Source of the DNA: Promethearchaeota archaeon
GTDB taxonomy: Archaea > Asgardarchaeota > Heimdallarchaeia > Hodarchaeales > Hodarchaeaceae
Length of the DNA stretch: 64,000 nucleotides
NCBI GenBank assembly: GCA_048938105.1
Contig: JBHLMN010000014.1
Coordinates: 1 to 64,000, forward strand
Direction of reading: 5' to 3'
Within the stretch, counting starts at the first letter, position 1; each line of letters opens with the position of its first letter. Below are positions 59,440 to 64,000 of this stretch, in pieces. The notes under the pieces were generated by a model. The model saw nothing but the letters and a program-made list of their open reading frames with translations, did no database searches and was not told the DNA's origin. The position numbers and the translations under genes were made by a program.

Positions 59440-62400
59440 TCAAGCACCTCGTATTCCTTTAAATCGTTCATACAACGCAGCTAATCCAATTCCCCCACCG
59501 AAAGCAAGTATTGGAGACAAAACAATCAGAAATAGTGTACCTAATGGATTTTGGGCCCCAGGGCGACTGATGGAGAAGGGTTCAGAAGTAACTGTCTTCT
59601 TATTGCCAGTTCTATCGAAAATTGTTATTTTAATGGAATATTTGCCTTCATCTAAATCTGAGATATCAAGAACTATTGTTGCTTCAGTATTAGTTTCCTT
59701 TGTTATATTGGCATCTTCATATTTAATAGTATCCAGAGTGGCACCAGTCGAATTAAGAAGCTCAAGTGTCAGTTTATCTAAGAAGATCCCAGTTTCTTGA
59801 TCACTAAATGTAATATTAATGACTAGGTTCTCATCTACCACATCAGGTAACTCATCAACTATATCTAATTTAGGAGGAGTATAATCAAGTTTAACTTCTC
59901 TATCAGTATAGTTATCATTACCCGCTAGATCGCTATAAGTTAATCGTATCTTCCAATTCTGTGCGTTAGCGAACGAGTCATTTCGAAGAAGATTATCTTT
60001 ATCAATAAGGATTTCCCATTCATATTCAAAGTTATTATCACTAATAGACATACTAGTATTAATTTTAATGTCATTTAAAACAGGATTAATTATAAAAAGA
60101 CGAACAGATGAACTATTTACCCCAGTATTCCAGCCTGTCTCAGATTGATTATCCTTTATCGTACCTGAAATAGATACATATCCAGTATCTAAATCGACAA
60201 TGATATATCCATCGTTATTTTCTGGAACTTCAATGGTGACCATCGGTTCAACAATGTCGATTATGATCTTGATTTCCGATTTATTCCAATTGTTTGCTAA
60301 GTCAAAAGCTGAAACTGTTATATTGTATGTAATATCTTCGATATCTTTTGAAGTGTCCCAATCATAAGTGAATATGTATCCGTTGATTGGATCTTGATCC
60401 ATAGCATCGCTAATTCCATTAATCCAGATTGTAACGGATAAATTATCCAATCCACCCGATACAAAACCAGAAGTAGGACCAGGATCTATGATACTCGCTG
60501 TAATTTGAGTAACATCATTTTGGGGGAGGAGTGCAATGCCATTGGAGGTTATTGGACTTGTTATATCAATAATGGGTTTAGTTTCATCATATACTTTCCA
60601 TTGGAGGGTGATCTCATAGTATTTCGATAATATAGTCCCATTATCCAGGAAGTGATAGAGTTGCCAAACCCAAGTGTCATTTTCCCATCCAGTAAATGAA
60701 TAATCAAGCGAGAAGTCTCCTGCAGGGTCCACGGATTGTAGATCACTACTACCATCCCACATGGGATTTATCCATTTTCCATTAAGGCTACGTTCAGTTG
60801 AACTTTGGAGAGTTCCCCTTATCGTTATATCTCGATTGTTAATCCCCGTAACCACATAATTGCCCCCACTTGTCAGGTTTGTTGTTGTGAAATTAAACGG
60901 GAAATAAATTTGAAAATACCCAATTTGAAAATCCCAATAGACATAGATTAACTCTTCAGTATGATTTACACGATAATGAACGAGGCCTGGACTGGTAATA
61001 TTCAATCTAATGTAGAGCCTATCCACATTGTAATCATGTGGAATTATATAATATAACGAATAAGTTCCATCAACATTTGGACTCGCGTTTAGATTCATTC
61101 CAATTTCATGGGTTCCGTTCCAACCAACAACGCGTATTCGGTCATTTAATTCAGAGTACGAGTCTGAAAATATTGGTGAAGAACTATCAATTGGGAGACC
61201 AAGGTTGTCTGTTAATGTTCCACTGACAGTTACGTTACTCCCCACAAACACCGAGCTTCCATTGAAGTTGCTAAGAGTATAATCATTAAGGTTAATAGTA
61301 GTTACTACTCGAATGAGATCATATCCTTGTCGTCCTTCTCGTGGGGTAGGGGGAGTTGGATCCTCGCCATAAATCATAATATTATCCTTCAGAGGTGTAT
61401 TAGGGGGTAAATTGACAACGACAGAAAAAGAGCCTAGAGCATCTGTAACAGCGTTAGTTAGGAACACTCTCTCACCATTACTAGTATAGTTTACACGAAT
61501 TTCTATTGTTTCATACTGGACTGGATCTTGAGTACTGTCTTTGTACGTTCCCTCAACAGTGATATTTGTCGTACCACGATAAACTTCAAATACTCCTGTA
61601 TCGCTGTTGAATCCTACATCAGTATGATAAGGATCCGTAACACCATCAGTAGGAATTGTAACCTCAATTTTGTCAATATTTTTGACCTCAAAAGTATGAG
61701 ATGTAGTCGAATAGGTATCAGCTATGGAACCATTAACCCAAATCCCCGACAAGTGACCTGAGGGAACCGTATCATGTGTAAAGTTGTATATTAAGCCTTG
61801 TGCGTCTCCAAACTCCGCTCTTGCCTCGATAGTATAATCACCCTCAGGTGTGAGCCCTGTAGCATTCGTAAGGATGTAAAATGTAACACTACTATTATCT
61901 GAATATTGACTCCGTGCGGGAGTAACCTCCATGTTCAAATCAGCAGGGTATTGGCCATTTATTAAAATAGAAATATTAACACCATCAATTAATATCGCAG
62001 GAGGAGTGATCCAATCACCGTCAGGATATTCTCTGAGTTGTAATCGGAATTCTATCTCAAGTGTTTCATTTTGTTGTACAAGGTTATCGGGAAGATTGTC
62101 TTTAGGGACATAGATATACCCAATAAAATATTGAGGATCTACTCTGATGGTACGTGTTGATACAGAATAAGAGCTATTGGAGCGGAAATCTGACCTGATA
62201 CCTTTTGAACCAACATACCATTTATTGTGAGAGTCATTCTCAAAATCTGCTGTAGCTCTGAGTTTGATATCTGTTAATTTAGGAATAGTACTATCTGTAC
62301 TCAAAATAAATTTGATTTCCCCAGAACTACTTGTATTATAATATAATCTCAGTGGATCCTTATCCGCTGCATGATCAGGATGGATAGCAAGGGAAACTCC

Positions 62401-64000
62401 TGGCCGTGGATTATCAATAGAGGCATTTACATAAACATTAGCAAGAGCTACTCCATCTTCATCTCGAACTTTATATGTAATAATAAGGTCATCCCCCCGG
62501 CGAATAGTGGTATCTCCAGATTCATTCGTGGTTGAGAGAGTGATTGAACAGATATTAAACTTGGGATCAATGGATAAATATTCAGACAGCTCTGAGAGCC
62601 AAGTTTTATCGAAATCTTCGAATGAACCATAACCTTTGTGTTGGTCTCCAATCCATCTCACATTTGAATCATTTTCAAAGTCAACAGTCAAATTTAGTTT
62701 AACTGTTTGCACAATTTCTGGAGTCAGTAGGTAAGTCGTCTTCACTATTAGTTTAATCATCCCTTCACTATCTGTATAATAATAACCATTACCCACGGGA
62801 TTATTTAATGTCATAAGATCTAAGGAGACACCAGGAATAGGCTCATCTAATGTGATATTGACTGGAACACCTGCAAAAGTGTTTGTTCCAGGTGAATCAC
62901 CGTCTTTCCTGACTTCATAATGCAGTTCTGCAGTTTCCCCTGGTCGAACACTTGTAGTATTACTCCACTGACAATCAATTGTACCTATCCAGAAATCAGG
63001 ATCAATTGTGATCATTTGAGATTTTTTAAAGATTTTTCCACCAGTATCGTTTTCTAAAAATCGATGAGGTTCACTAGGAGGATAAGTGGGAGGTGCATTA
63101 CTTTGAAGATCTGCCTGTACAATAATATTTGGGGTCTTACTTTGATAGGGGATTGGAAATCCAGCAGTGATATTAAATTTGACTTCTCCGTTTGAATCTG
63201 TAAGGTACCAACCAGGTGTACCATTAGTAATAGCACCAAATCCAGATGTTAAGTTGACCCATACTTCCTGAATATCTAAGGCAGCATTGATTGGGAGGTT
63301 TGAAAGAGGATATATACTCCATATACCCCCGTATGCAAATTGAGCTTGTATTTTTACAGTTACAATTGTTTTATTTGCATTTGGAGGATTTATTTCAGCA
63401 GGTTCAGCTGAAATTTCAACTAAGCTTTCTATAACACGGTCAGGAGTGTTTTCAACTGTAAAATTGGCTCTAATACTAACAATTTTTTCATAACCAGCGG
63501 CATAGAAATTTGTCTCCGTAAAATCTGCTGTTATATTAAACGAGTACTCCCCCTCTGGAGTAGTTAAATAAGTGGTATCTACAAATAATCTAATTTCACC
63601 ATTAGTATCAGTCTTGTTATCGGGAGCTAGTAGATCAGCGTGTATATCATAAGTAGCAGGGTTTATTTCTACTTCAGGAATATGACTTTTATTGTAGAGA
63701 TTATTAATCGTGACTGTAACATTATCTATAAGATAGGTTCCTGATTGTGCTCTGAGTATAGCAGTGGCGTTTTCTCCAGAGCGGAAAATATATTCACTAC
63801 TTGCATCATTTATAAATCCGTCAGATGTGAAGTCAGCAACCGCGCTTAGTTTGAAGGTGTCAATATAATAAAGGAACGTTCCAATCCTCGAGGTTGCGTT
63901 TTTCGCAGGGTAACACTGGAAGATATCGACATCATCGCCGGAAGAAATCCCCATAGCTTCTAAACTGGTCATATTTGGAATTATAAATGTTGTATCGATC
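59440..64000 (-). CDS. Giant Ig-like-repeat cell-surface glycoprotein (N terminus lies beyond the window)
   Basis: The frame is open to the window edge. Repeated TDxxGx(I/V)x(F/L) modules, three C-terminal DxAGN-type domains, many NxS/T sequons, and a C-terminal TM helix with a basic tail. Confidence 0.9.
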   Translation of the reverse strand, partial: IDTTFIIPNMTSLEAMGISSGDDVDIFQCYPAKNATSRIGTFLYYIDTFKLSAVADFTSDGFINDASSEYIFRSGENATAILRAQSGTYLIDNVTVTINNLYNKSHIPEVEINPATYDIHADLLAPDNKTDTNGEIRLFVDTTYLTTPEGEYSFNITADFTETNFYAAGYEKIVSIRANFTVENTPDRVIESLVEISAEPAEINPPNANKTIVTVKIQAQFAYGGIWSIYPLSNLPINAALDIQEVWVNLTSGFGAITNGTPGWYLTDSNGEVKFNITAGFPIPYQSKTPNIIVQADLQSNAPPTYPPSEPHRFLENDTGGKIFKKSQMITIDPDFWIGTIDCQWSNTTSVRPGETAELHYEVRKDGDSPGTNTFAGVPVNITLDEPIPGVSLDLMTLNNPVGNGYYYTDSEGMIKLIVKTTYLLTPEIVQTVKLNLTVDFENDSNVRWIGDQHKGYGSFEDFDKTWLSELSEYLSIDPKFNICSITLSTTNESGDTTIRRGDDLIITYKVRDEDGVALANVYVNASIDNPRPGVSLAIHPDHAADKDPLRLYYNTSSSGEIKFILSTDSTIPKLTDIKLRATADFENDSHNKWYVGSKGIRSDFRSNSSYSVSTRTIRVDPQYFIGYIYVPKDNLPDNLVQQNETLEIEFRLQLREYPDGDWITPPAILIDGVNISILINGQYPADLNMEVTPARSQYSDNSSVTFYILTNATGLTPEGDYTIEARAEFGDAQGLIYNFTHDTVPSGHLSGIWVNGSIADTYSTTSHTFEVKNIDKIEVTIPTDGVTDPYHTDVGFNSDTGVFEVYRGTTNITVEGTYKDSTQDPVQYETIEIRVNYTSNGERVFLTNAVTDALGSFSVVVNLPPNTPLKDNIMIYGEDPTPPTPREGRQGYDLIRVVTTINLNDYTLSNFNGSSVFVGSNVTVSGTLTDNLGLPIDSSSPIFSDSYSELNDRIRVVGWNGTHEIGMNLNASPNVDGTYSLYYIIPHDYNVDRLYIRLNITSPGLVHYRVNHTEELIYVYWDFQIGYFQIYFPFNFTTTNLTSGGNYVVTGINNRDITIRGTLQSSTERSLNGKWINPMWDGSSDLQSVDPAGDFSLDYSFTGWENDTWVWQLYHFLDNGTILSKYYEITLQWKVYDETKPIIDITSPITSNGIALLPQNDVTQITASIIDPGPTSGFVSGGLDNLSVTIWINGISDAMDQDPINGYIFTYDWDTSKDIEDITYNITVSAFDLANNWNKSEIKIIIDIVEPMVTIEVPENNDGYIIVDLDTGYVSISGTIKDNQSETGWNTGVNSSSVRLFIINPVLNDIKINTSMSISDNNFEYEWEILIDKDNLLRNDSFANAQNWKIRLTYSDLAGNDNYTDREVKLDYTPPKLDIVDELPDVVDENLVINITFSDQETGIFLDKLTLELLNSTGATLDTIKYEDANITKETNTEATIVLDISDLDEGKYSIKITIFDRTGNKKTVTSEPFSISRPGAQNPLGTLFLIVLSPILAFGGGIGLAALYERFKGIRGA

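Overview
This is a window of an archaeal chromosome, most likely Asgard (inferred from archaeal rRNA and ribosomal proteins, long TPR proteins and the overall gene repertoire; exact lineage not determined). Left end (minus strand): a linked 16S-23S rRNA operon. The 16S gene carries a 751-nt bulge-helix-bulge (BHB) intron encoding a two-motif LAGLIDADG homing endonuclease, inserted in the universal GGATTAGATACCC site. A BHB processing stem and a long structured leader flank the 16S. 5-28 kb is an accessory region: TPR, TPR-HEPN, SPOUT, VapBC, TetR and Lrp regulators, IPCT/DIPPS, PlsC, gene remnants and a 113-bp direct repeat. 28-34.4 kb holds a rearranged S10/spc ribosomal protein cluster with rps19 flipped, followed by a bacterial-type RNase III. 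At 36.8 kb is a tRNA-His(GUG) with two non-canonical D-arm introns whose splice structures overlap. Further right are a CobA plus isobutyryl-CoA-mutase-like operon, rpoP, aIF1, MetAP, a coiled-coil protein with three PRC-barrel-like repeats next to YggU, acetyl-CoA synthetase and an OFA transporter. The right end is a MoxR/DUF58/DUF4350/DUF4129 cluster behind a giant Ig-repeat surface protein that runs off the window. All family calls come from motif recognition by eye; no database searches were run.
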